64,000 bases of DNA, taken from positions 15,004 to 79,003 of the forward strand of contig CAZQVA010000004.1 of assembly GCA_964596685.1 (NCBI GenBank), written 5' to 3'. Source of the stretch: an uncultured bacterium. Its GTDB lineage: Bacteria; Chlamydiota; Chlamydiia; Chlamydiales; VFKH01. Both the position numbers and the translations under genes were made by a program. Of the stretch, positions 55,826 to 64,000 are shown piece after piece; position 1 is the first letter of the stretch; each line of letters begins with the position of its first letter. The notes under the pieces are model-generated. The model was not told where the DNA came from. It made no database searches and was given only the letters and a program-made list of their open reading frames with translations.

Positions 55826-56688
55826 GCCGGATCGACCGTGGCAAGGTGCTGCGCAATCTGGTGGCGGCTTGCCACCCACACGCCTTCATGGGCGCGGACA
55901 TGGCGGAAGAATTCTTCCAGCGCCCAGATGCGGCCCGGACGGCCGATGATGCGCAAGTGCAGGCCCAGCGACATCATGCGGCCAAGGCCCTGCTGCCCTT
56001 CGCGGTAGATCTGGTCGAAGTTGGCCTTGGCATAGTCCAGCCATTGGTGCGGGGTCAGCGCCGGATCGGTCCACATCTTCATGTCGTTGCTGTCGAGTTG
56101 ATAAGGCACGATCGCCAGCGGCTTGCCCGGAACGGTCGTGCGATCCCAGAACGGCACGTCGCCCGAATAATCGTCCATGTGGTAGGCAAAGCCTTCCTCG
56201 ATCAGCAGGCGGCGCGTGGCATCGGTGTGAAAATAGCGCGAGAGCCAGCCATAGGGGCGCACACCGACGGTGCGTTCGATCGATTCCACCGCCTTGCGGA
56301 TGAATTCGCGCTCCTGCTCCTCGTTCATCTTGAACTGGTGGACCCAGCGCCAGCCGTGACTGACCGGCTCATGCCCCAGTTCCGCGATGGCGGCGGCGAT
56401 TTCGGGATAGTTTTCAAGGCTTAGTGCGGCAACCGTCCAACTGGCCATGATGTCATAGGCCTTGAGCAGGCGCACGATACGCGGCGCGCCGGCCTTGATG
56501 CCATACAGGTAGTTGCTTTCGTTGCCGTAGTTGCGGATCGGCGAACGGATGTGGATGCCCAGTTCGTCGACTGGCTCCATGCCGCGGTCCCCGCGGGCCA
56601 CGGTCATTTCGCTGCCTTCCTCGACGTTCACCACCACGGACAGGGCCATGATGTTGCCATCGGGCCAACGGATCGATTCTTCGTGCAT
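55822..56688 (-). CDS. Polysaccharide deacetylase/PuuE-like family hydrolase
   Basis: WPDGNIMALSVVVNVEEG..., GHEPVSHGWRW, PYGWLSR and EGFAYHMDDYSGDVPFW resemble CDS 35081-35974. Confidence 0.8.
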   Translation of the reverse strand: MHEESIRWPDGNIMALSVVVNVEEGSEMTVARGDRGMEPVDELGIHIRSPIRNYGNESNYLYGIKAGAPRIVRLLKAYDIMASWTVAALSLENYPEIAAAIAELGHEPVSHGWRWVHQFKMNEEQEREFIRKAVESIERTVGVRPYGWLSRYFHTDATRRLLIEEGFAYHMDDYSGDVPFWDRTTVPGKPLAIVPYQLDSNDMKMWTDPALTPHQWLDYAKANFDQIYREGQQGLGRMMSLGLHLRIIGRPGRIWALEEFFRHVRAHEGVWVASRHQIAQHLATVDPA

Positions 56689-57491
56689 CAGTGCATTTCC
56701 TCCCCGCCCGAGACGTTCAGCGCCTCGCCGGTAACATAAAAGGCATCATCGCTAGCAAGCCATGCGCAGGCCGCCGCCGTATCGCTGGCAAGACCGGGGC
56801 GACCCATCGGGTTCTTGCGGTGCATGTCAGCGATGTAATCCTCGACCGTGGCGAAACCCAGCAGCCGCGAGAAGTATTCGTTCTGCTGCGCGCCAAGGCC
56901 GGTGGTCACGTGGTTCGGGCAAACCGCGTTTACGGTGATCTTGTGCTTGCCCAGTTCCAGCGCCGCAGCGCGGGTCAGGCCGACCATACCATGCTTGGAG
57001 CTGACATAGGCCGGAAGATCCGGAAACGCGCTTTTCGCTGCTTGCGAGGCGATGTTGATGATACGCCCGCCCTTGCCGCCGGCGATCATCGCGCGGGCTG
57101 CCGCCTGCGAACAATAGAACGCGCCCGACAGGTTCACCCCGATCACCTTGGCCCAGTCGGCCGGATCGACATCCAGAAAGGGCTTCATCATGAAGCCGAT
57201 GCCGGCGTTGTTGACGTGGATGTCCACGCTGCCGAAACGGGCCACGGCCTGATCGATCAGGCCTTGGCATTGGTCGGCCTGGCTGACGTCGCAGGCGATC
57301 GTGGCAATCTGTGCGTTGCGGCTGCGCAGGTCTTCGGCAACGGCTTCCGCCTCGGCATCGATGACAAGATCGGACACGACGCAGTTGGCACCTTCGTTAG
57401 CGAAACGCTGGAGGATCGCCTGACCGAGCCCCTTCTGCTTGCCCGATCCGGTGACGACGACCGTTTTGCCCGAAAAGCGGCCCGGCATCAC
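56688..57491 (-). CDS. Short-chain dehydrogenase/reductase (SDR)
   Basis: VVVTGSGKQKGLGQAI, NNAGI and YVSSKHG (YxxxK). Confidence 0.9.
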   Translation of the reverse strand: MMPGRFSGKTVVVTGSGKQKGLGQAILQRFANEGANCVVSDLVIDAEAEAVAEDLRSRNAQIATIACDVSQADQCQGLIDQAVARFGSVDIHVNNAGIGFMMKPFLDVDPADWAKVIGVNLSGAFYCSQAAARAMIAGGKGGRIINIASQAAKSAFPDLPAYVSSKHGMVGLTRAAALELGKHKITVNAVCPNHVTTGLGAQQNEYFSRLLGFATVEDYIADMHRKNPMGRPGLASDTAAACAWLASDDAFYVTGEALNVSGGEEMH

Positions 57492-57793
57492 AAGTTTTCC
57501 GTGAGAATGAACTGCGGATTGTCGGCAAAGTCCTGGAACGGCTTGGCCATTTCCTGGAACGCGGCGGTCGAGATGTCGCCGACGAAGCCTTCCATGTCGG
57601 CAATGTCGATTACTTCGACATACTGATAAGGCGCGGCTTCGCCCGAACCGAACAGGCCGAGCGACTTGTGGACCGTGAAGCGGATCACCGAACCCAGCGC
57701 GTTGACGGCGGGGATGTCGGACCCGCGTGCCCAGGCCTCGTAAGCCGCCGGATCAACGCCATCCTTGAGATTGAAAAGCACTATGATGCGCAT
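57488..57793 (-). CDS. Small dimeric alpha/beta-barrel-like protein (EthD/HapK-like), function unknown
   Basis: 101 aa, MRIIVLFNLKDGVDPAAYEAWAR... Overlaps the downstream SDR start. Family assignment is tentative. Confidence 0.55.
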   Translation of the reverse strand: MRIIVLFNLKDGVDPAAYEAWARGSDIPAVNALGSVIRFTVHKSLGLFGSGEAAPYQYVEVIDIADMEGFVGDISTAAFQEMAKPFQDFADNPQFILTENL

Positions 57794-57805
57794 GGTGAAA
57801 ACCTT

Positions 57806-59008
57806 CTATCCTGCGTGAAAATGATCTGGCTGCCGATAGGCGCGAAGCTGCCCGTCGATCTGGCGGGCGAGGGCGAACAGGCCGGCTTCGGCCCCGCGCG
57901 GGCCCACGATCTGGACGCCGATCGGCATGCCGTTGGCGGCAGTGCCGGCCGGGATGGTCACGGCGGGCAGGTTGCCGACATTGGCGAGACAGGTGAAATC
58001 GGCCTGGTTGGCGGGGGCCGGTTCGGCATGGTCGAAGGCCGGCTGCGGTGCGGTCGGCAGAACCAGCGGCCCGGTTTGCGTGACGATTTCATTGAGGCGC
58101 TCGGCGGTGCGGGCCAGAACTTCGCGGTCGGCCTGCCGGTCCTCGTCCTTGCGGTGCGAGCCATAGGAGATGAGCTTTGCCAGCGTCGGCGAAAGCAGAG
58201 CTGCGTCCGCGTCGGCCAGTTCCGCGTGGAGCGCGGCGGCGGTGGCGATGAACCCGGCATAGCGGATGCGCGATGGCGCATCGGCCAGGGCCAGCGGCGC
58301 AGCCATGTCGAGCAGGCTGCAGACCTGCTGGAAGCAAGCCAGAACGTCGCTCGTGCATTCCACTCCGCCCAGATCGGCCAGCGTTACCGGCTTGCCGGGC
58401 AGCGCTGCGTTGCCGAACGTGCTTGTAAGCTTGGCGGCCTGTTCCAGCAGGTCAAGTGATCGGGCCAGCGGGCCGATCACGTCCAGCGCGGGTTCCGCCA
58501 GTTCAAGGCCGTCGCGGCTGACGGCGGTTTGCGCCGGCTTGAAGCCATACACGCCGCAATAGCTGGCCGGGATACGCACCGACCCCATGGTGTCGGTTCC
58601 CAGCGCCAGATCACACAGCCCTGCCGCCACCGCCGCGCCGCTGCCGCCCGACGACCCGCCGGGCGTGAAGCCGATGCGGTGCGGGTTGTGGGTGGCGCCG
58701 AAGAACGGGTTGTCCGTCTTGGCCCCCAGCGCCGCCTCTTCCATGTTGAGCGTGCCGATGATTGCAGCGCCCGCATCGCGCAGCGCGGCTACCGTGGCGG
58801 CATCGCGCGCGGCGATCCGGCCACGGTGCAGCGCCATGCCTGCCGTCCACGGCAGGCCGCGCACCGCGATGTTGGACTTGACCCCGACCGTCACGCCGAC
58901 CAGCGGCCCTTCGCCGAACCGCGCCGCCCGGTCGAAATCGACAAAGGCGTTCAGCGGCTGGTTGGCCTCTGCCAGCGCGGCGAAATCAAGCGGGGTGCGA
59001 TCGGTCAC
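57806..59008 (-). CDS. Amidase-signature (AS) family amidase
   Basis: GVKSNIAV... and FTPGGSSGGSGAAVAAGLCDLALGTDTMGSVRIPASYCG are the canonical AS Ser-cisSer-Lys motifs. Confidence 0.9.
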   Translation of the reverse strand: MTDRTPLDFAALAEANQPLNAFVDFDRAARFGEGPLVGVTVGVKSNIAVRGLPWTAGMALHRGRIAARDAATVAALRDAGAAIIGTLNMEEAALGAKTDNPFFGATHNPHRIGFTPGGSSGGSGAAVAAGLCDLALGTDTMGSVRIPASYCGVYGFKPAQTAVSRDGLELAEPALDVIGPLARSLDLLEQAAKLTSTFGNAALPGKPVTLADLGGVECTSDVLACFQQVCSLLDMAAPLALADAPSRIRYAGFIATAAALHAELADADAALLSPTLAKLISYGSHRKDEDRQADREVLARTAERLNEIVTQTGPLVLPTAPQPAFDHAEPAPANQADFTCLANVGNLPAVTIPAGTAANGMPIGVQIVGPRGAEAGLFALARQIDGQLRAYRQPDHFHAG

Positions 59009-60366
59009 AGCGATCTCCGGTCGATCAGGCGGATCGGCTTCTGGCGGGAATCGATCTGGGTTTCAGCAGCGGTTTCACCCGGTGCCACCAGTTCAACTCC
59101 CACTTCGATGCCAATGCCCTTGCGCAGCAATGCGGCCACTTCGCCCATGTCGCTGCCACCGCGGCTTTCCAAGCGTACCAGCATCTCATCACGGCCGCTG
59201 GCGTCGCGGACAACATGGCAGATGAACTCGCCCGTCAGGTCCGGGCGGTTCTCGATGATCGCGCCGATGGCGTGGGGGAAAATGTTGATCCCGCGCAGCT
59301 TGACCATGTTGTCGCTGCGCCCTTTGAAGCCGGAAATCCGTTTGAACACCATGCCGGTCTGGTTGCTGCCGGTCAGCTCCTCGGTGATGTCATGGGTGTT
59401 GAACCGGATGCAGGGCGCGATGTCGTCCTTGAACAGGCAGGTTACCACCATGTCGCCTGTTTCGCCGGGTGCAACGGCGGCGCCGGTGTCCACGTTCAGC
59501 AGCTCGAGGAATTGCGCGTCCTCCCATACATAGAGACCGTCGCGCTCCGGGCCTTCGCCCGCGATCGTGCCGGTGTCGCCCACGCCGTACCAGTCGAATG
59601 CCTTAGCACCCCGCCAAGCTGCTTCGGTGGATGCGCGATCTTCCGTCCCCAGGTGGCCGATAATCATCTTGAGATTGATGCGGTCGAACAGCTTCTCCGC
59701 TTCGGCCACTTCGGCCAGCTTGCGGATGTAGTCGACGAAGCCGACCATGCAGGTCACGCCGAAGTCAGCCATCAGGTTGACTTGGTTGACCGACCGCGTC
59801 TCGATCCCGGTGCCAGCGCTCAGGAACAGGGAATTGGTATAATGGGTTACCGCTTCGCGGATGTAGTGTCCCCCGTTGATCATGCCGTGGCCATAGACTG
59901 ACTGAACCACGTCATCGCGGCCCAGCCCCATCCAGCGATACATGCGGCCGATCATCAGGTTGGTGATTTCACGCCCCTTGGGGCCAAACATCAGCGGTTG
60001 GGGGCGGCCTGTGGTGCCGCTGGTAGTGTGGAACACGACCGGCGTATCACCACGGCCATCGAAATCACCATAGGGCGGGTGCTCGTTGACCGAGGCCATG
60101 AGGTCTGACTTGTCGTAAACTGGCAGCTTGGTGATGTCGTCCAGCCCACGAATATCGCTCGGCTCAATGCCTTTGTTGCCCCACAGTCGCTGGTAGAAGG
60201 GAATTTCCCAGCCGCGTTTCATCAGCTTGATGAAGCGCTCGTTCTGCAAAGCGTGAAGTTCGTCCCGGCTCATCCGGGTATATCGGTCGACGAATGCCTG
60301 GCCCACGGGATAGTCGGCCAGCAATTGCTTTGGGTCGAAGGTTTCGAAGTAGGTGGGAAAGCTCAT
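59005..60366 (-). CDS. Phenylacetate-CoA ligase-like adenylate-forming enzyme (PaaK / F390 synthetase family)
   Basis: FHTTSGTTGRPQP (AMP-binding P-loop), the DTG...GE motifs, and KLRGINIFP at the C-terminus, as in the PaaK family. Confidence 0.85.
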   Translation of the reverse strand: MSFPTYFETFDPKQLLADYPVGQAFVDRYTRMSRDELHALQNERFIKLMKRGWEIPFYQRLWGNKGIEPSDIRGLDDITKLPVYDKSDLMASVNEHPPYGDFDGRGDTPVVFHTTSGTTGRPQPLMFGPKGREITNLMIGRMYRWMGLGRDDVVQSVYGHGMINGGHYIREAVTHYTNSLFLSAGTGIETRSVNQVNLMADFGVTCMVGFVDYIRKLAEVAEAEKLFDRINLKMIIGHLGTEDRASTEAAWRGAKAFDWYGVGDTGTIAGEGPERDGLYVWEDAQFLELLNVDTGAAVAPGETGDMVVTCLFKDDIAPCIRFNTHDITEELTGSNQTGMVFKRISGFKGRSDNMVKLRGINIFPHAIGAIIENRPDLTGEFICHVVRDASGRDEMLVRLESRGGSDMGEVAALLRKGIGIEVGVELVAPGETAAETQIDSRQKPIRLIDRRSL

Positions 60367-61643
60367 TTTGGCTCCGTGGCGAAGGCGATGGGGTCGGAAA
60401 AGATCTGGGCCGCGTTCGGTCCGGCGAGCAAGCGGCAGAGGTCAAGCTTGGATCGGGCGCGCCGCGGATCGAGCGGTGCCTGCGGGCTGCCAGGATTGGC
60501 TGCAACCGGCTTGCGCAACGTTCGACCATCGGTCAGTTGCACGACCAGTACTTGCGGCGACAGGGCATTGTGATCGGGGTTGCCATCCAGTGTCACCCGC
60601 ACCTGTTCGGCCAGTGCATCGATCGTGGTATCAAGGCGCGGGTCGATCGCACCATCACGAAGTATTAGCGGTGCCAGAAAGGCAAGGCACAAGCGGTTAT
60701 AGGACTGGGGCGCATCAGGCCGGAATGGTCGACCGACCAGCCGCTGGATCAAAGGCGGGGCCAGCAGTTCAATGGATTCGACGTTTTCGATCGAAACCAG
60801 CCCTTCGTCCCGCAAATCAGCCAGCGCGCCGAGCGCGCCATGACTCGCGCGGCCGGACGGGTAAGGCTTGATGCTGACCTCACTGATCCGCCAGACTTTC
60901 CCCAGCGAAGCGAGATAATCATCCAGCCGCACCGGTTCGATAAGCGCGTCATAGCCGAACGGTCCGGTTAGTACGTCGTACGGGCCATCGACTCCTGCCT
61001 TGGCCAAATCATTCGCCATGATTGCGCCTCGCGCTGCATTCGCAATCTGGATCGGCAGGGCGGTGGATGCTTCGACATGCGCCTGCATGGTGCCGGACAG
61101 GAAGCTGTAGGCCAGTCCCACTGAATCGGCCATCCGTGCGCGATCAAGTCCTTCAAGCCTTGCCACGGCCAGCGTAGCCCCGATGATGCCGGCCGTCGCG
61201 GGGCGGAAAAACCGCATGCCGCCTGCAGCGGAAAGGCCCAGGCCACTGGCGATGTCCACGCCGACGGCAAGGGCTGTAAGGAACGCATCGGGCGTGCTGC
61301 CGCCCAGGCGATCGGATGACGCCAGCAGCGCAGCCGTTACCACGGACAGGGCGTGTACCACTGCCGGCTCATGCACCGCATCCCATTCAAGGCAATGAAT
61401 GGAAAATGCGTTGAAGAATGCAGCCGAAGGGCAAGGCAGTGTGCCGCCCGCCAGAGAGCGGGCTTCGGTACCGGCTCCCCAGCCAGCGACAGCGCGTGCT
61501 ATCGGTTCTGCTTCTGTGGAAGCGGCGCCAGCCGCACCAACCGCCAGGGTATCCGCCAGCAACCGCAGGGCATCGGCTCTGACAGCGGGGGGCAATTCGA
61601 TCGGCCCGCTGGCAAAATCGATGATCCGCTGAATCGGGTTCAT
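60363..61643 (-). CDS. MmgE/PrpD-family protein (copy 2)
   Basis: 426 aa with an N-terminal ...LLADTLAVGAAG... segment and overall PrpD-like helical pattern. Tandem with, and overlapping, the upstream paralog. Confidence 0.85.
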   Translation of the reverse strand: MNPIQRIIDFASGPIELPPAVRADALRLLADTLAVGAAGAASTEAEPIARAVAGWGAGTEARSLAGGTLPCPSAAFFNAFSIHCLEWDAVHEPAVVHALSVVTAALLASSDRLGGSTPDAFLTALAVGVDIASGLGLSAAGGMRFFRPATAGIIGATLAVARLEGLDRARMADSVGLAYSFLSGTMQAHVEASTALPIQIANAARGAIMANDLAKAGVDGPYDVLTGPFGYDALIEPVRLDDYLASLGKVWRISEVSIKPYPSGRASHGALGALADLRDEGLVSIENVESIELLAPPLIQRLVGRPFRPDAPQSYNRLCLAFLAPLILRDGAIDPRLDTTIDALAEQVRVTLDGNPDHNALSPQVLVVQLTDGRTLRKPVAANPGSPQAPLDPRRARSKLDLCRLLAGPNAAQIFSDPIAFATEPK

Positions 61644-62908
61644 TGCAGCCAGTCCTTCAGGATGCCGATGAGTGGAGTGGTGGTACGACCGTACAATACC
61701 GCGTCGGCAGCGTATTCAAAATCAGCCGCGTGATCGGTCAGGGCAAACAGGGACTGGGCCTTGGCCAGGATATCGGCCTCGGTCATGGGGCGTTCCGGAT
61801 CGCCAAGCGTATCGACAATGGCCACTTCGTGACCACCACACCGCACCCGCGCCCCGAAATGGGCCGGATAGCGGCTGGTGAACTCGGTACTTTCCACAAC
61901 CGCGATGCGGGCACGCGTACTGGCGGTTGCTGCGATTGCCGACGGGGTGAAGTCCGCATGCTGCGGCATGCCGCGATCCGCGACCAGCGCGACTGAGTGC
62001 TGGATGGAGAATTTTGCCTCGATTTCACTGGTCGGATTTGCACGATTACAGAATGTCAGGGCGTCCGCATATGTCTCCACGGTGATCGGGCCATCGAGAC
62101 CGCCGAGCCGGTTTTTCAGTTCCAGCGCGGCGTCGATTGCGGGGTGCGCATGGCGGCAGGCCGCCCACGGCTTGAAGCTTACTTCTTCGATCCGCCAGTG
62201 ATCGGTCAGTTCAAGCGGCTTCGGGGCGGCGGTGGTCGCAGCATGAAGCCCTTGCGGCCCTTCGAGGACGAAGGCCGGGCCGCGTGCGCCAGCAAGGACA
62301 GACCGGGCCGCATGCAGTCCGGTCGCAACTGCATGGCTGACGTGCCACTGTTTTGCATCGCACTGTTCATGGCGCATTTGCCATAGACCGCCGGATATGG
62401 ACCCGGCCAGACCAAGAACATGCATCAGGCCATCGGTCGGTGCCGATCCAGCGCTGTTCTCGCCAGCGGCAGATGCCATGCCATCCAGAGCCGCAACTGC
62501 CGCACCGAATACGCCGGCCGTGGCCGTGTTGTGCCAGAACGCATAGTGTCGGGCATCGAAAGTGGCGCCCACGGCAATCATCGCCTCATAGCCGCGCACG
62601 GCAGAATCAAGCATCCGGTCCATATCCAGCCCGGCAGCAGCCAGCGCCACAGGCCAGACGATCGGGCCGGGATGGAGAATGGCCATCCGGTGGACGTCAT
62701 CCATTTCCAGCTTGTTCCCTATCCAGGCAGCCCGCTCGCTTGGGGAGCCGTGAATTTTTCGGGCGATCGAACCGGTTTCGGAAGACAAGCCGCCTGCAAC
62801 GCAAGCCAACCAGTCCAGCAAATGCAGCCTGGCCCGTGCGCTCACCTGCGGTTCCACCGGCCGGATCAGGCGGCTTGCCAACTGAAATGTCAGGCTATCT
62901 TGCGTCAC
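61640..62908 (-). CDS. MmgE/PrpD-family protein (copy 1)
   Basis: 422 aa, ...HLLDWLACVAGG... with a PrpD-like pattern. First gene of the minus-strand operon. Confidence 0.85.
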   Translation of the reverse strand: MTQDSLTFQLASRLIRPVEPQVSARARLHLLDWLACVAGGLSSETGSIARKIHGSPSERAAWIGNKLEMDDVHRMAILHPGPIVWPVALAAAGLDMDRMLDSAVRGYEAMIAVGATFDARHYAFWHNTATAGVFGAAVAALDGMASAAGENSAGSAPTDGLMHVLGLAGSISGGLWQMRHEQCDAKQWHVSHAVATGLHAARSVLAGARGPAFVLEGPQGLHAATTAAPKPLELTDHWRIEEVSFKPWAACRHAHPAIDAALELKNRLGGLDGPITVETYADALTFCNRANPTSEIEAKFSIQHSVALVADRGMPQHADFTPSAIAATASTRARIAVVESTEFTSRYPAHFGARVRCGGHEVAIVDTLGDPERPMTEADILAKAQSLFALTDHAADFEYAADAVLYGRTTTPLIGILKDWLQ

Positions 62909-62916
62909 GCAGACCG

Positions 62917-62934
62917 CACCGGTACGGACAGATT
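62917..62934. promoter_or_regulatory. Operator-like half-palindrome, motif site 4 (reverse complement AATCTGTCCGTACCGGTG)
   Basis: Shares TGTCCGTAC with site 3. It lies 9-26 nt upstream of the PrpD operon start and about 55 nt upstream of the divergent GntR gene. Only the left half-site is well conserved (11/18 versus site 1). Confidence 0.35.
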
Positions 62935-62988
62935 AAATGCACATCTGGTATGAATGTGCGCAGACGATGCGAGAGGCAGAATTCCTAA

Positions 62989-63726
62989 ATGCACGAAGCG
63001 AAGATCAAGCAGTCCCGTTACCTTGAACTTGCCGACGAACTGCGTGCTGCAGTTCTGCGCGGTGATTTCAGTGCGAAGCAGTCTTTTCCCACGGAGTCCG
63101 TGCTCTGCAAGCAGTATGGGGTCAGCCGGTTTACGGTTCGCGAGGCATTGCGCAAGTTGACCCAGGAAGGCCTGATCAAGCGCCGCCGCGGATCGGGTAC
63201 GGTGGTGAAGTCGCCTTCTGCGCGCGGCGGCACCCTGCATCAGCCGCTCTCCAACGTTGGCGAAATTCTTCAATACGCCAAGGGCACCACGATTTCGTTC
63301 GAGCAGCTTGAGAGCGAAGAGGTTGATCCGGACATCGCTGAAAAGACGGATATGCATCCGAGCGGCAAGTGGTTTGTCTTTCGCGGCGTACGCACCGCAG
63401 AAGGCCGGACCAAGCCGATTGCGCTCACGCTTGCCTGGATTCATCCCGATCTGGCCGATGCGGTGGCCAAGTTTGAAAATGGCAGCCCCACCTTGTTCGG
63501 CCAGATCGAGCAACATGCCGATCGTTCGGTCAATCGCGTTACGCAGGACATTCAGGCCGTCAAGGCAGCCAAAGAAACCGCTGACGTCCTTGGAATCAAG
63601 GAGGATGATCCGGTCCTGCTGATCCTGCGCTGCTACTTCGATCGGGATGACCAGTTGTTCGAAATTTCGGCAAGCTACCATCCGGGCGAACGGTTCACGT
63701 ACTCCATGCATATCGAAGTGGACTGA
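62989..63726 (+). CDS. GntR-family transcriptional regulator (HutC/UTRA-type)
   Basis: FPTESVLCKQYGVSRFTVREALRKLTQEGLIKRRRGSGTVV is a GntR wHTH. The C-terminal UTRA-like domain ends ...YHPGERFTYSMHIE. Confidence 0.9.
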   Translation: MHEAKIKQSRYLELADELRAAVLRGDFSAKQSFPTESVLCKQYGVSRFTVREALRKLTQEGLIKRRRGSGTVVKSPSARGGTLHQPLSNVGEILQYAKGTTISFEQLESEEVDPDIAEKTDMHPSGKWFVFRGVRTAEGRTKPIALTLAWIHPDLADAVAKFENGSPTLFGQIEQHADRSVNRVTQDIQAVKAAKETADVLGIKEDDPVLLILRCYFDRDDQLFEISASYHPGERFTYSMHIEVD

Positions 63727-63734
63727 CGTTTCCG

Positions 63735-64000
63735 TCATTGTTGTCCATCCTTGTTACGCCGCCAGTCCGGCGTGTCAGAAAGGCGGATGGCCGGAGCAAA
63801 CAGATGGACACCGCCAACCTGTTCGATCAGTTCCCGTTCGGTCACGAACGACTGGTCAAGCGCTTCGCGGAAATCCAGCACGGGAGCAAAGGCGACGTCC
63901 TTATCCGCGAACCAGGCTTCCCACTCCGCGCGGGTACGGGTCGCGAAGACGCCGGCAAGGAATGTGATCAGTTGATCCTGCTCCCCTGCCGGTTGGTCCG
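63735..64000 (-). CDS. Family III CoA-transferase/racemase-like protein, C-terminal part (5' end outside window)
   Basis: My manual translation of the minus strand is open from 64000 to the TGA at 63735-63737: ...FLAGVFATRTRAEWEAWFADKDVAFAPVLDFREALDQSFVTERELIEQVGGVHLFAPAIRLSDTP..., resembling a CaiB/BaiF C-terminus. It is absent from the ORF track because no start lies in the window. Confidence 0.65.
   Translation of the reverse strand, partial: DQPAGEQDQLITFLAGVFATRTRAEWEAWFADKDVAFAPVLDFREALDQSFVTERELIEQVGGVHLFAPAIRLSDTPDWRRNKDGQQ

Noticed and set aside
62934-62994. Direct repeat TAAATGCAC (62934-62942 and 62986-62994) and a 6-bp inverted repeat GCACAT-N9-ATGTGC in the GntR leader
   Set aside because: The repeats are short. 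The second copy simply contains the GntR start codon. They are not distinguishable from chance without comparative data.
1-64000. CRISPR arrays, rRNA genes, retron or reverse-transcriptase genes
   Set aside because: No regularly spaced direct repeats, no rRNA-like conserved stretches and no RT motif (YxDD) ORFs were seen on either strand.

Overview
High-GC, alphaproteobacterium-like chromosomal segment in three blocks; all calls are made by eye from the ORF track and sequence, with no searches run. (1) 1-13.1 kb is a conserved respiratory nitrate reductase locus: narK (3' part), narGHJI and a parvulin-type PPIase. It is fused to a complete molybdenum-cofactor set (moaA, moaD, moaE, moaB, moaC, moeA, convergent mobA) plus a TauE/SafE permease. 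(2) 13.3-29.4 kb is an accessory, visibly lower-GC mobile region. It runs from an IS256-family element through an AT-rich spacer, a giant PrimPol/Toprim/helicase gene, a hypothetical gene flanked by 20-bp repeats, and a four-gene DUF2924/large-serine-recombinase module. Its cargo is a divergent pair: a 220-aa PD-(D/E)xK-like protein and a 1262-aa N-terminal SIR2 protein. A DUF1778/GNAT toxin-antitoxin pair and an IS6-family element joining two truncated genes follow. The SIR2/nuclease pair is the best candidate for an undescribed defence system. It is bracketed by a ~32-bp imperfect direct repeat that duplicates the 3' end of the upstream gene. (3) 30-64 kb holds tightly coupled catabolic operons with amidohydrolase, deacetylase, CoA-ligase/transferase, PrpD-family and dehydrogenase genes, under LysR and GntR regulators. 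This block has three paralogous unknown membrane proteins and a recurrent ATTTGTC-N-GACAAAT palindrome in four promoter regions. It also has a Tat-signal CN-hydrolase that seems to lack its catalytic Cys, and an IS3-family insertion with a 4-bp target duplication splitting a DUF1330/SnoaL-like gene. No rRNA, convincing tRNA or CRISPR array was seen.
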